A DNA stretch of 64,000 nt, taken from an uncultured Candidatus Saccharibacteria bacterium (lineage in GTDB: Bacteria; Patescibacteriota; Minisyncoccia; Minisyncoccales; GBS-2). How positions within the stretch are numbered: position 1 is the stretch's first letter; each line of letters starts with the position of its first letter. The stretch covers positions 2,263 through 66,262 of the forward strand of contig CAZQIO010000001.1 of the NCBI GenBank assembly GCA_964593405.1, written 5' to 3'. Both the position numbers and the translations under genes were made by a program. The notes under the pieces are model-generated. The model saw only the letters and a list, made by a program, of their open reading frames with translations. It did no database searches and was not told the origin of the DNA. Shown one piece after another: positions 37,180 to 46,889 of the stretch.

Positions 37180-38260
37180 TGATTTAATAACTGAATTATT
37201 CAGAGTTACAGGAGAGGCAATCTACGATACAGATATGCAACACGGGGATGGTAGGGATTATTGGCCCTTTCATCCAGTATTTTTAGATTCTCTTGTTGCT
37301 CCAATAGTGTTTAAAGAAATTTTAAGGATTATTGAAACATTAGAAAACAAAGGCTACACCCTAACAGACATTGCAGAAACAGTATACAGTCCAACTAAAA
37401 TAGCTAATTACCAATATTTGTGGCCAGAAAAAACAATCAAATCTTTAACCTATGACGAAAAATACAAGCTCGCAAAATATTTCGTTGAGTTACTAACGAT
37501 TTTGAGAAATGGTGAACCTTTTTGTGAGAAAGGAAGAAACTTGGTATGGACCAGAAAGAACTTAATCCAAAATATAGAAAAATATAAGAAAGATTTTGTA
37601 AGTGCTAAACAAAACCCTGAAATGGCTCAACTTTTGTCGAAGCTAGAAGGAATTCTAGTTTCTTATGCGGAAGCGCTGTACTATTACATGATTGACTTAT
37701 CACGTATGATGCATGGTCCTTATTCACTTGAAAATGGATCTACTGTTTTTGTAAAGGAATATCTTCACTTAAAGGCTGGAGAACTTTGGGATGTGGTTTC
37801 AGATTTCCCTTTTGACCATTTTAAAGAGATCGGAATTTATCAAGGCATACAAATAACTACTTTCTTTATGGGACATACACACTCAAATCCACCTTTCCCA
37901 AAAGCAATAGATAAATTCGTTATAATCGTAGATGATAAAGTAATAAAAAATATGGACGAGCTGAGAAATTTATATGAAAAGGTAAAAGAAGTAACAGAAA
38001 GAGCAGCTCGATGTATAGCAGAAAAGTCTGGCGATGAAGCTTTTCTTCTTAAGAAGGGAATTGATATGTTTTTCTATCCATTAAAACCTCTCTACAAGGA
38101 AATAGGAGAGAACTGGAAAGATATACTTCCACAAGCATATAAGTTTGCATATAATGTGAAAGATAAAATAAAAGTTCCTGGACCCTGGGGTGATTGGAAT
38201 AAAGAGAAAGCAGTAAGTCACCTTCTAAAACTAATGGATTTTCGGAGGAAAGCAAGATGA
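37166..38260 (+). CDS. hypothetical protein, translationally coupled to the phosphotransferase (ATGcaccagacTGA overlap)
   Basis: 365-aa ORF starting MHQTDDL. No motif recognised. Confidence 0.4.
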   Translation: MHQTDDLITELFRVTGEAIYDTDMQHGDGRDYWPFHPVFLDSLVAPIVFKEILRIIETLENKGYTLTDIAETVYSPTKIANYQYLWPEKTIKSLTYDEKYKLAKYFVELLTILRNGEPFCEKGRNLVWTRKNLIQNIEKYKKDFVSAKQNPEMAQLLSKLEGILVSYAEALYYYMIDLSRMMHGPYSLENGSTVFVKEYLHLKAGELWDVVSDFPFDHFKEIGIYQGIQITTFFMGHTHSNPPFPKAIDKFVIIVDDKVIKNMDELRNLYEKVKEVTERAARCIAEKSGDEAFLLKKGIDMFFYPLKPLYKEIGENWKDILPQAYKFAYNVKDKIKVPGPWGDWNKEKAVSHLLKLMDFRRKAR

Positions 38261-38484
38261 TAACAGAGTTCTGCAGTTACAAGCAAACTCTAATAAATAT
38301 GATGAAGATTATCCGTAAACCTATAGAATCTTTTGCTATTGATACAAACACCACTTACCTTTACTTTGAAAAAACGCTTTACCTCCAATAGGTCCAACCA
38401 ATTCTAGAGAAAACTATATGATGCCTTTTCTTATTTTAGTAACCAACCCCCTGTTCTCATGTCTTAAAGCATGGTGGATGTACG

Positions 38485-39183
38485 ATGTGCGGGTATTCAA
38501 ACCTAGCTACCTTTAAAGATAATATTACCGGAGATGTGGTATACGAACAGTTTAGAAGGGGGTTTGAGATTATCAAAAAGATTCCTCACCATGAAATGGT
38601 TGCTATTGGAACCGCTGGCTCATTTTTAGACCCACATGAAGTTCCATACGAAATCCAAGCAAAAATAATAAAAGAACTTAACTCTTCAGGTGATATATAC
38701 TACATAAACATTGAAATAAGAGCAGAATATGTGACTAAAGAATCTCTTGAAAATTTGGTAGAAGTAGTCGATGATCCACATAAGTTAGCTATTGGAATCG
38801 GTTTAGAAAGTTCAAATGAGCTTATAAGAGAGTTATGTGTCAATAAATGTCTACCTATCGCCTCTTTCATCCGAGCTAAAAGATTGCCTGAAGAATTGCG
38901 AAAAAATGTACTTATTGCGACTCCAAGATTGCCTAAGCCCTTAGAACTTAAAGTAAGTGACGGTGCTCAGACGGCAATAGAATTATTAAATGAATATAAA
39001 GGCACACTAGACTATAATTATATCGATGCTATAGATGCCCTTTCAAGCTCTGATAAGAGAAAATGGTATGAGAATTTGGAAAGAGAAATGAACAACTCTG
39101 ATTCAATAGAAAAACCAATATCTACGAACTTTAGCCGTTGGCTGGAGGCGTGGAAAAATGAGCATGGAAGAATATTTCAATAA
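38485..39183 (+). CDS. hypothetical protein; in-frame upstream extension carries a C-x8-C-x2-C cluster
   Basis: MCGYSNLATF... Upstream in frame, PTPCSHVLKHGGCT runs back to a TAA at 38440. Possibly a truncated metallo or radical-SAM-like enzyme. Confidence 0.3.
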   Translation: MCGYSNLATFKDNITGDVVYEQFRRGFEIIKKIPHHEMVAIGTAGSFLDPHEVPYEIQAKIIKELNSSGDIYYINIEIRAEYVTKESLENLVEVVDDPHKLAIGIGLESSNELIRELCVNKCLPIASFIRAKRLPEELRKNVLIATPRLPKPLELKVSDGAQTAIELLNEYKGTLDYNYIDAIDALSSSDKRKWYENLEREMNNSDSIEKPISTNFSRWLEAWKNEHGRIFQ

Positions 39184-40286
39184 AAATAAAGAAAAACTTA
39201 AAGAGGTTTACGAGCTATTCCGGAATACAGATTACGGCAGGGAATTAAATCTACCCCCAGAATTTAATGATTACAACACTTTTAAAACTTTACCCCTCAT
39301 AGATCCACGAAAAGTAGATTTTAAGCGACTATTTGTTCCAGGCGATAATTTGTGGTCTTTTATATCTAGTGGAGTGTCGGGACATAGGAAGATGGTAATG
39401 AGCGATATAGGAACTATTACTAAGTATCCAGAAGAAATGGATGAAATCTTAAGAACTAATACATCTGTATTTCTCCACAGTAAGAGGAGAAAAGGTGAAA
39501 GGAGATGTACTCTTCATAATAGAATATCCCCTGATGGCAGAATGGATTTGTTATCAATTAGAAAAGGCTATAGAAGCAGGAAAAATATTTCCCGGGAATA
39601 TTAGGAAAAAGAAAGTATATTTCGAATTAAGTGGAGAACCTGTTACTGAGGAACAAGTCTGTAACATTGTAAAAAGATTAGAGAAAATATTTCAAACAGA
39701 AGTAGAATATTCTATTACATACGGCTCTACTGAGATTGGGCTTATAGGAACGTATATTCCAACAATTCATGGTTCCAAAATTAAATATGAAGTAATTCCA
39801 TCGCTTTTTGTAGAAATAGTCGATGGGGAAATAATCATTACTCCTTATAGGAAACAAGGGACAATATTATTTAGATACAAAACCGGAGACAAGGGCAAAC
39901 TATTTTTTGAAAATGGTAAACCATTCTTGAATGTAATTGGGAAATCTGAAAGTGAGGGGATTATGTATGTTGCAGGTGTTCAAGTATGCATCCCAGAGCT
40001 AGTGGCAGAAATAGAAAAAATAGCAAATTTTCCAATCGGAATAAAGGTCATCAAAAAGAAGGATCGGCCGAAAGGAGTATGCGAACTTGATATTAAAATT
40101 CATATACCTCGGCGTGATGCTTTAAGTAATAGTTTAAAAAATGCCATAACAGAAAAAACTAAACAGTTCATTACAGATTCTGCTGTTTTGTCGGTGGAAA
40201 ATCATTTAGGAATAGTGAAAATAAATATTCATTATTCTTCTGAACCTATAAAAAAAAGGTTCATTATTGAAAACTTAAAGGCATAA
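39158..40286 (+). pseudogene. PaaK/F390-synthetase-like adenylate-forming enzyme, frameshifted near 39495-39604
   Basis: ANL motifs SSGVSGHRKMV (A3, P-loop-like) in the first piece and YGSTEIG (A5) in the second. Confidence 0.5.
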
Positions 40287-40449
40287 ATCAAGATAATGGA
40301 TGCATAATTCCTTATCAATGAACTCATTGCAAAACTCTTAGCGAACGTTTAAACTGTTAGCTTAAGCAATGAGGTTTCGCAATTGGCTCAATAATAAAAA
40401 CTTAGAATACAGAAGCTATTCTAGAAGAACGAAAAATATTAAACCATTG

Positions 40450-40535
40450 CTTTGTGGCTTAATTATGTACCTTCATCAACTTTCACATCAAATCCTATCA
40501 TCAACCTATGTGGGGTTGAGAGTTAAGCCACAAAG
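40450..40535. repeat. 13-bp perfect inverted repeat CTTTGTGGCTTAA ... TTAAGCCACAAAG with 60-nt spacer
   Basis: Arms at 40450-40462 and 40523-40535, inside the 750-bp noncoding right end of the island. The track ORF at 40369..40572 that spans it is probably spurious. Confidence 0.45.
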
Positions 40536-41040
40536 CTTAATATTCCACTTTTCCAAATATTGCCTCTCTTAACTTTCCAATTTAATACCCTCAAATATTG
40601 ATGCGTCAATGTTAAGCTATCATATACTTTCTTGCCTCTGAGGGTATGGAGCGATTTCTAGTGAAGCTTGGGTTTTATTTTAATACCCCTATCTTATTAT
40701 TCGGTAAACTGGTATAGCTAAAATCTCATCACTTTCAAGCCTTTCAACGTCTATTGCCTTGAAAGCATAGAGCTTCTTTCCAACTTCAAAGAATAGTAGA
40801 TCCCAATAATAGCCTTTCCTAATCCATATTACTGGTCTCTGGCTCAAAATGGCATTTTTCATTTTTAAAATTGCTCTACAATCAGCGTATTTCGTTCTAT
40901 ATTTTGAGTCCTCTTGCTACTATACACTACTCTTACAGTGAAGTATCTTCCCTAAAGCATACTATCTGAAGGAAAGAAATAGTTGGCTTTAATCGCTGAA
41001 GGCTTTTTATTTTTGGGAAAATAAATTATACTGAAATAAT

Positions 41041-41451
41041 ATGCGCTTTACTGTTTCAACAAAAGGTTTTTGCGACATAATTGATATTACTTCAAGGGTT
41101 CAAGAGGCGGTCAAAAAAGCAGGGGTTAAAGATGGTTTTTGTATTGTCTCTTGCCCAGGATCTACGATTGGAATTACAACGATTGAGAATGAACCAGAAC
41201 TTTTGAAAGATTTCAAAGAACTTTTGGAAAAATTGATCCCCTCTGACAAAGAGTACCGCCATGACAAAGTTTGGGGAGAAACCAACGGGTTTTCTCATTT
41301 AAGGTCTGCTTTGATTAAACCTTTTTTAACAGTGCCCATCGAAAATGGAAAATTAATTTTGGGCACCTGGCAGAATATTGTTTTTATTGATTTTGATTCA
41401 AGGCCAAGGGAAAGAGAAATTTTGGTTAAAGTTTTTGGACAAAGGTCGTAA
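41041..41451 (+). CDS. yjbQ: YjbQ/UPF0047-family protein (integration-target gene; intact copy)
   Basis: MRFTVSTKGFCDIIDITSRV...GTWQNIVFIDFD family signature. Confidence 0.7.
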   Translation: MRFTVSTKGFCDIIDITSRVQEAVKKAGVKDGFCIVSCPGSTIGITTIENEPELLKDFKELLEKLIPSDKEYRHDKVWGETNGFSHLRSALIKPFLTVPIENGKLILGTWQNIVFIDFDSRPREREILVKVFGQRS

Positions 41452-41452
41452 A

Positions 41453-42376
41453 ATGAATCAAAAAATAAAAATGTCAGAAAAAATTTGGAAAATTTTTGGC
41501 ATTTTTGGAATAGTTTGTTTGGTTGGAATTTTTCTTGGAGGAATTTTGATATCTTTGGGAGGAATAAAAAGAAAGACAATGACCCCAGCTTATTTTGAAA
41601 AAGTTGAAACACCAATGGGAATTGGCGGTGGGCTAGAAAAAATCAATTTACCCTCTCCTGAAACACCACCTCCTTCTAATCTTGAGAAAGAAATTCCTTC
41701 AAGAATGATCATTAAAACTGGCTGGTTAAATTTAGTGGTTAAAGATATTGGAGAAGCGATAAAGAAAATTTCGAAATTTGTTGAAGAAAATGGCGGTTGG
41801 GTTGTTTCGAGCAATGTTTATGAAACAGAGAAAATTCCTTCTGGAAGTATTACTGTCAGGGTGCCTGCAGAAAAGTTTGACCAGGCTAAAGATTATTTTA
41901 AAAGTTTAGCAGTGAGAGTGAGCAGCGAAAGCACTCAATCTCAAGACATCACCGAAGAATACGTCGATTTACAATCTAATTTGAGAAATTTGGAGGCAGC
42001 GGAAGAGCAACTTTTGGAAATAATGAAGAGGGCAGGAAAAATTAACGAGGTTTTAGATGTTTACCGAGAATTGACCAACATTCGCCAGCAGATAGAAAAG
42101 ATAAAAGGGAGAATGCAGTATTTGGAGCAATCTGCCAAAATGTCATTAATCACTGTTAATTTGGCCCTTTCTGAAGAGTTGCTGCCTATTCCACCAGGCG
42201 AAAAATGGAGGCCAAAGTATGTATTTTTGCAAACCTGGAAAAGCGTTTTGAATTTCTGGAAAGGCTTTTCTTACTTTTTGATCAAATTGGTAGTTTGGTC
42301 TCAAGTTTGGATTCCGACTTTGATTTTGGTAGCAGTTTTCATCAGAATCTGGAGGAAAAAGAAAAGAAAAGTTTAA
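41453..42376 (+). CDS. membrane-anchored coiled-coil protein (DUF4349-like)
   Basis: N-terminal TM, central coiled coil (LQSNLRNLEAAEEQLLEIMKRAG), C-terminal TM. Start at the ATG MNQKIKM. Confidence 0.4.
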   Translation: MNQKIKMSEKIWKIFGIFGIVCLVGIFLGGILISLGGIKRKTMTPAYFEKVETPMGIGGGLEKINLPSPETPPPSNLEKEIPSRMIIKTGWLNLVVKDIGEAIKKISKFVEENGGWVVSSNVYETEKIPSGSITVRVPAEKFDQAKDYFKSLAVRVSSESTQSQDITEEYVDLQSNLRNLEAAEEQLLEIMKRAGKINEVLDVYRELTNIRQQIEKIKGRMQYLEQSAKMSLITVNLALSEELLPIPPGEKWRPKYVFLQTWKSVLNFWKGFSYFLIKLVVWSQVWIPTLILVAVFIRIWRKKKRKV

Positions 42377-43026
42377 TGAGAATTTTCAAACCCTTTAGCA
42401 TCAATCCAGTAATTAAGTATCTGATTTTGGCAGATTTGATTTTTTGGTCTGGTTGGGGACTTTTGGCCCCGATCTTTTCTGTTTTTTTAGTTGAGAAAAT
42501 AGAGGGTGGAAATTTGGCCTTAGCAGGATTGGCCAGCGGAATTTATTGGGTTTTAAAGTCAATTTTGCGCTTGCCAATTGGTCTTTTTTTAGATTCAAGA
42601 AAAGGAGAGGAAGATGATTTTTGGTTTTTGTTTTTTGGCCTAATTTTTTCTTCTTTGGTCCCCTTTGGTTATTTGATGGCAAAGAACTTTTTTCACGTTT
42701 TTCTTTTGCAGATTTTGGAGGCTGTTGGCATGGCAATGGCCCTTTCTGGTTGGACAGTAATTTTTACCAGACATATTGACCAGGGAAAAGAAGCTACCGA
42801 ATGGGCTTTGGATGCAACCTCGGTTGGAATTGGAATTGGTCTTTGTGGAATTTTGGGTGGAATGATAGCCCAGGTTTTCGGTTACAAAGTTGTCTTTTTC
42901 CTCTTTGGAGTTTGTGGCATTTTTTCTGCCCTTTTGCTCTTGAGAATTTTGAAAATAATTTCTCCAAGATCAGCTAAAAAAGGACTGGTTTTCTCTTTGA
43001 GGGAAATTTTCTTTCAGGAAAAATGA
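42376..43026 (+). CDS. polytopic membrane protein (MFS-like half)
   Basis: About six predicted TM helices. Start at the ATG MRIFKPF. Confidence 0.35.
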   Translation: MRIFKPFSINPVIKYLILADLIFWSGWGLLAPIFSVFLVEKIEGGNLALAGLASGIYWVLKSILRLPIGLFLDSRKGEEDDFWFLFFGLIFSSLVPFGYLMAKNFFHVFLLQILEAVGMAMALSGWTVIFTRHIDQGKEATEWALDATSVGIGIGLCGILGGMIAQVFGYKVVFFLFGVCGIFSALLLLRILKIISPRSAKKGLVFSLREIFFQEK

Positions 43027-44741
43027 AAAACCAAGAGATTGCCAAAATTTTTTATGAAATTGCCTATTTTTTGGAAATGGAAGGGGTTAAATTCAAACCA
43101 TTTGCCTATGAAAAGGCTGCAATTACCCTGGAAGGATTAGAAAAAGACATTGAGGAAATTTACAAAAAAGGAGGGTTTGAGGCTTTAAAGAAAATTCCAG
43201 GTATTGGAGAAAGCATTGCCAAAAAAATAGAAGAATATTTAAAAACAGGAAAAATCCAATATTACGAAGATTACAAAAAAAAGTATCCGATAAATTTGGA
43301 AGAATTGATGGGAATTGAAGGAATTGGGCCAAAGAGAATTAAGGTTTTGTATGAGAAATTGGGAATTAAAAATTTAAAAGAACTGGAAGAGGCGGCAAAA
43401 TCTCACAAAATTGCCCCTCTTTTTGGTTTTGGAGAAAAAACAGAAAAAAACATTTTGGAGGCGATTGAGTTTGCAAAGAGGGCCAAGGGAAGGTTTTTGT
43501 TGGGGGATATTTTGCCAAGGGTAAGAGAAGTTTTTGAGAAATTGAAAAGTTTAAAAGAAGTAGAAAGAATCGATGTTGTAGGCTCAATAAGAAGAATGAA
43601 AGAGACAATTGGTGATGTTGATTTTTTAGTCATTTCAAAAAATCCAAAGCCGATTATGGATTTTTTTGTTTCTTTGCCAGGAGTGATTAAGGTTTGGGGG
43701 AAAGGGACGACAAAATCTTCAGTGAGAATGAAAGAGGGTTTTGATATGGACATTAGAGTTTTACCAAAAAGTTCCTATGGGGCAGCATTGCAGTATTTCA
43801 CTGGATCTAAAGAACACAACATTGCTTTGAGGAAAATTGCCATAGAAAAAGGCCTGAAACTTTCTGAATATGGACTTTTTAAGGGTCAAAAAATGATTGC
43901 TGGAGAGTCAGAGGAAGAAATTTATGAAAAATTGGGAATGGATTGGATTGCCCCAGAATTGAGAGAAAACAGAGGAGAAATAGAGGCAGCTTTGAAAGGG
44001 AAATTACCAAAAATAATTGACTACAAAGATATAAAAGGAGATTTACATTGCCATTCAAAATGGGATGGCGGAGCAAACACAATTGAAGAGATTGCAAAAC
44101 AAGCAATCAAAATGGGTTATGAATATGTTGGAATTGCAGATCATACAAAGTTTTTGAAGATTGAACATGGCTTAGATGAAAAGAAGTTGAGAGAGAGAAA
44201 CAAAGAAATTGATGCTTTAAACAAAAAATTTGCCGGAAAAATCAAAATTTTAAAAGGTTGCGAAGCAAACATTTTGCCAGATGGCTCAATCGACATTTCA
44301 GACGATTGTTTGAAAGAGCAAGATTTTGTCATTGCCGGAGTCCATTCAAGGTTTAAAATGTCAAAAGAAGAGATGACAGAGAGAATAATTCGGGCAATGA
44401 AAAATCCGAATGTAGATATAATTTCCCATCCAACAGGAAGGCTAATTCAAAAAAGGGATGAATACGAAATTGACTTTGATAAAATTTTGAGGGTTGCAAA
44501 AGAAACTGGAACGATTTTAGAAATCAATTCCTATCCTGAAAGGTTGGATTTGAACGACGTTAACATCAAAAGAGCAAAAGAAGCTGGAGTGAAAATGATC
44601 ATTAACACCGACGCCCATCATATAGACCAAATGAGATTCATTGAATACGGAATTGGCCAAGCAAGGCGAGGGTGGGCTGAAAAAGAAGACATTGTCAATT
44701 GCTGGCCACTAGAGAAAATGTTAAAATTTTTGAAAAAGTAA
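43023..44741 (+). CDS. polX: DNA polymerase X family with C-terminal PHP phosphoesterase domain
   Basis: Pol-beta-like helix-hairpin-helix and nucleotidyltransferase region ([17 protein letters not shown]) plus PHP motifs ([11 protein letters not shown]...IADHT...NTDAHH). Confidence 0.8.
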   Translation: MKNQEIAKIFYEIAYFLEMEGVKFKPFAYEKAAITLEGLEKDIEEIYKKGGFEALKKIPGIGESIAKKIEEYLKTGKIQYYEDYKKKYPINLEELMGIEGIGPKRIKVLYEKLGIKNLKELEEAAKSHKIAPLFGFGEKTEKNILEAIEFAKRAKGRFLLGDILPRVREVFEKLKSLKEVERIDVVGSIRRMKETIGDVDFLVISKNPKPIMDFFVSLPGVIKVWGKGTTKSSVRMKEGFDMDIRVLPKSSYGAALQYFTGSKEHNIALRKIAIEKGLKLSEYGLFKGQKMIAGESEEEIYEKLGMDWIAPELRENRGEIEAALKGKLPKIIDYKDIKGDLHCHSKWDGGANTIEEIAKQAIKMGYEYVGIADHTKFLKIEHGLDEKKLRERNKEIDALNKKFAGKIKILKGCEANILPDGSIDISDDCLKEQDFVIAGVHSRFKMSKEEMTERIIRAMKNPNVDIISHPTGRLIQKRDEYEIDFDKILRVAKETGTILEINSYPERLDLNDVNIKRAKEAGVKMIINTDAHHIDQMRFIEYGIGQARRGWAEKEDIVNCWPLEKMLKFLKK

Positions 44742-44756
44742 AAACATTGCTTAGCC

Positions 44757-45329
44757 ATGGAAAAAGAACCAAGTTTGTTGACTAACAGGAGAAAAGAATC
44801 AGAGGAAAAAGAAAAACTTATACAACTAGGAAGAAAATTCGTAGAGGACGAATGGAGGCGAGAATACGAAAGGTGGGTGGAGAAAAGGCGGGGGAGAGAA
44901 AAAGAGGAGGGAAGAGAACCAGGCACTCATTTTTTTCAGGTCTCTGGAGAAGGTGAGGCAAGTGCAGAGTTTGAGTTAAAAGATTTAGACTCTGTTAATC
45001 CAAAAATATTTGAACTTATCGGAATGTGGCTAGAGCTGGTGAGCGGAATAGCTTCTATATTTAAAGAAAAAGGAAATGTAGATGAATTATTTTTTGGAAA
45101 AGAACCTCTATGGAGCCAATTAAAAAACTTACCAGAAGATACAAAAAAACAAATTATCCAAAGATGGAAAGATAGTTCTTCGGAATTTACCAAAATCCAA
45201 AAGGAGATAGACGCCATATACAAGCAAAAAATTTCAAAGGCTGAAAAACTTATTATCGAATTTTTCAAAAATGAAATGACCGCATTCTCATTAAGCCTTA
45301 CAATATTAGAACAGCTTCTCTTTCTCTAA
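44757..45329 (+). CDS. hypothetical protein (Glu/Arg/Lys-rich)
   Basis: ORF only. Confidence 0.3.
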   Translation: MEKEPSLLTNRRKESEEKEKLIQLGRKFVEDEWRREYERWVEKRRGREKEEGREPGTHFFQVSGEGEASAEFELKDLDSVNPKIFELIGMWLELVSGIASIFKEKGNVDELFFGKEPLWSQLKNLPEDTKKQIIQRWKDSSSEFTKIQKEIDAIYKQKISKAEKLIIEFFKNEMTAFSLSLTILEQLLFL

Positions 45330-45355
45330 AATCTCAAAAAACCAAAGATTTTAGG

Positions 45356-45811
45356 TTGACAATAAATCTCAACATGCCAACAGAAAGATCAGCAGGAGCA
45401 ATAATTTTTAGGAAAGAAAAGGGTAAAATTTTTTATTTGCTTTTACACTATCCTGGAGCCTCCCATCGGGCAAATTCTGATTATTGGGACTTTCCAAAAG
45501 GACATTTAGAAAAGGGGGAGACTCTGGAAGATGCGGCAAAAAGAGAAATTGAAGAAGAGACTGGGTTGAAAAAAATCAAGTTTGTCGACGGTTTCAAAGA
45601 GACAATCAAGTATTTTTTTAAATGGCAAGGGAAAAACGTTTTAAAGTTTGTCACATTTTTCTTGGCAGAAACAAAGGAAAAGAAAGTTACAATTTCTTTT
45701 GAGCACATTGGCTATCAATGGTTACCTTTTGAAGAGGCAATGAAAAAATTAACTTTTCAAAATTCAAGAGAGATTTTAAAAAAAGCAAACGAATTTTTAA
45801 AAAAAAATTAA
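45356..45811 (+). CDS. NUDIX hydrolase
   Basis: Nudix box GHLEKGETLEDAAKREIEEETGL. Confidence 0.8.
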   Translation: MTINLNMPTERSAGAIIFRKEKGKIFYLLLHYPGASHRANSDYWDFPKGHLEKGETLEDAAKREIEEETGLKKIKFVDGFKETIKYFFKWQGKNVLKFVTFFLAETKEKKVTISFEHIGYQWLPFEEAMKKLTFQNSREILKKANEFLKKN

Positions 45812-46155
45812 CTCTTAACTTTTTCGACAATTTTCTCAAAAATTTCAGGTTTTTCTCTGGCCAATTGAGCCAAAATTTTTCTGTCAAGTTCAATATTTTT
45901 TTCTTTTAAGGCATGGATGAATTTGCTATAAGATAGCCCATATTGTTTTAAAGCAGCAGAAATTTGAATTTGCCAAAGTCTTCTCATTACTCTTTTTTTC
46001 TCTTTTCTTCCTCTGTAGGCATGTTTTAAAGCGTGAATTAGGGCATCCTTTGCCAATCTGTATTTTGACTTTCTTTTCCATCTAAAACCCTTAACTTTTT
46101 TCAAAAGTCTTTCTCTTTTTTTGTGTCTTGTTTTTCCTTTTTTAACCCTGACCAT
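45808..46155 (-). CDS. rplT: 50S ribosomal protein L20
   Basis: MVRVKKGKTRHKKRERLLK...GRKEKKR. Confidence 0.9.
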   Translation of the reverse strand: MVRVKKGKTRHKKRERLLKKVKGFRWKRKSKYRLAKDALIHALKHAYRGRKEKKRVMRRLWQIQISAALKQYGLSYSKFIHALKEKNIELDRKILAQLAREKPEIFEKIVEKVKS

Positions 46156-46160
46156 AAAAT

Positions 46161-46349
46161 TTAAGGTCTGCTCAAAAACCTCTTTATTACCTTTGCCTCA
46201 GCCTTTGATACTGGAACCCATTTTCTAGTTTCTCTAATTTTTTTTCCAGATTTTTTTGCCCGATAATGGTCTTGTCCGCAAACCCTTCTTAAAATTTTTC
46301 CAGTCTTTGTAATTTTGAACCTTTTTAAAATCGACTTTCTCGTTTTCAT
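46161..46349 (-). CDS. rpmI: 50S ribosomal protein L35
   Basis: MKTRKSILKRFKITKTGKILRR. Confidence 0.85.
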   Translation of the reverse strand: MKTRKSILKRFKITKTGKILRRVCGQDHYRAKKSGKKIRETRKWVPVSKAEAKVIKRFLSRP

Positions 46350-46849
46350 TTTTTTGCCACGATCATTATAAAGCCTCCCGGCGTCTTTTTTAAATCTTGT
46401 TCGATTTTAATTTCAACCTTTTTTTGGAGAATTTCGATAAATTTTTTGAATTTTTCTTTGGCAAAATCTGCCAAAACCTTTTCTCTTCCGTGCAAAATCA
46501 TTTGAATTTTTAATTTGTCTCCAGCTTTCAAAAACTTTTCTGCTTGGTTTGCTCTGGTTTCCATGTCATGGTCTGAAATGTTAAAACTCAACCTTATTTC
46601 TTTTACTTCGCTCTTTTTTTCTTTTTTCTCTTTCTTTTTTTCTTGGTATAAAAATTTTCCGTAATCTGCAATTTTGCAAACAGGAGGGTCTGCCTTTTCG
46701 CTAATTAAAATCAAATCCAAATTTTTTTCTTTTGCTATCTTTAAAGCCCCCTCTAAAGAAAAAACGCCCAATTGCTTTCCTTGCTCATCAATTACTCTTA
46801 CCTTTTCAGCCCTTATTTGATTGTTGATTAAATATCTTTTCAATTTCAA
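46346..46849 (-). CDS. infC: translation initiation factor IF-3 (non-AUG start, TTG at 46849)
   Basis: INNQIRAEKVRVIDEQGKQLGV...LDLILIS... The reported start codon is TTG, consistent with IF3 autoregulation via a non-AUG start. Confidence 0.85.
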   Translation of the reverse strand: MKLKRYLINNQIRAEKVRVIDEQGKQLGVFSLEGALKIAKEKNLDLILISEKADPPVCKIADYGKFLYQEKKKEKKEKKSEVKEIRLSFNISDHDMETRANQAEKFLKAGDKLKIQMILHGREKVLADFAKEKFKKFIEILQKKVEIKIEQDLKKTPGGFIMIVAKK

Positions 46850-46889
46850 CTAACCACTAAAAAATAATTACTAAAAATCACTAATTTTG

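Larger units (their letters stand above)
28971..41040. mobile_element. decayed integrated genetic element/island inserted upstream of the intact yjbQ-like gene
   Basis: Higher G+C by eye and different codon usage from the surroundings. Contains a tyrosine-integrase pseudogene next to a tRNA 3' fragment, several frameshifted genes, a VirD4/HerA-like ATPase and a 750-bp IR-rich noncoding end. Bounded by copies of the target-gene 5' end. Confidence 0.55.

Noticed and set aside
40369-40572. 67-aa ORF in the island's terminal non-coding region
   Set aside because: It spans the 13-bp inverted repeat and its 60-nt loop, has no RBS-like context and odd composition. More likely structured DNA/RNA than a protein.
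41378-41452. N-terminal extension of the DUF4349-like gene from the track start at 41378
   Set aside because: It overlaps the 3' end of yjbQ in another frame. The ATG at 41453 directly follows the yjbQ stop and precedes the TM helix.
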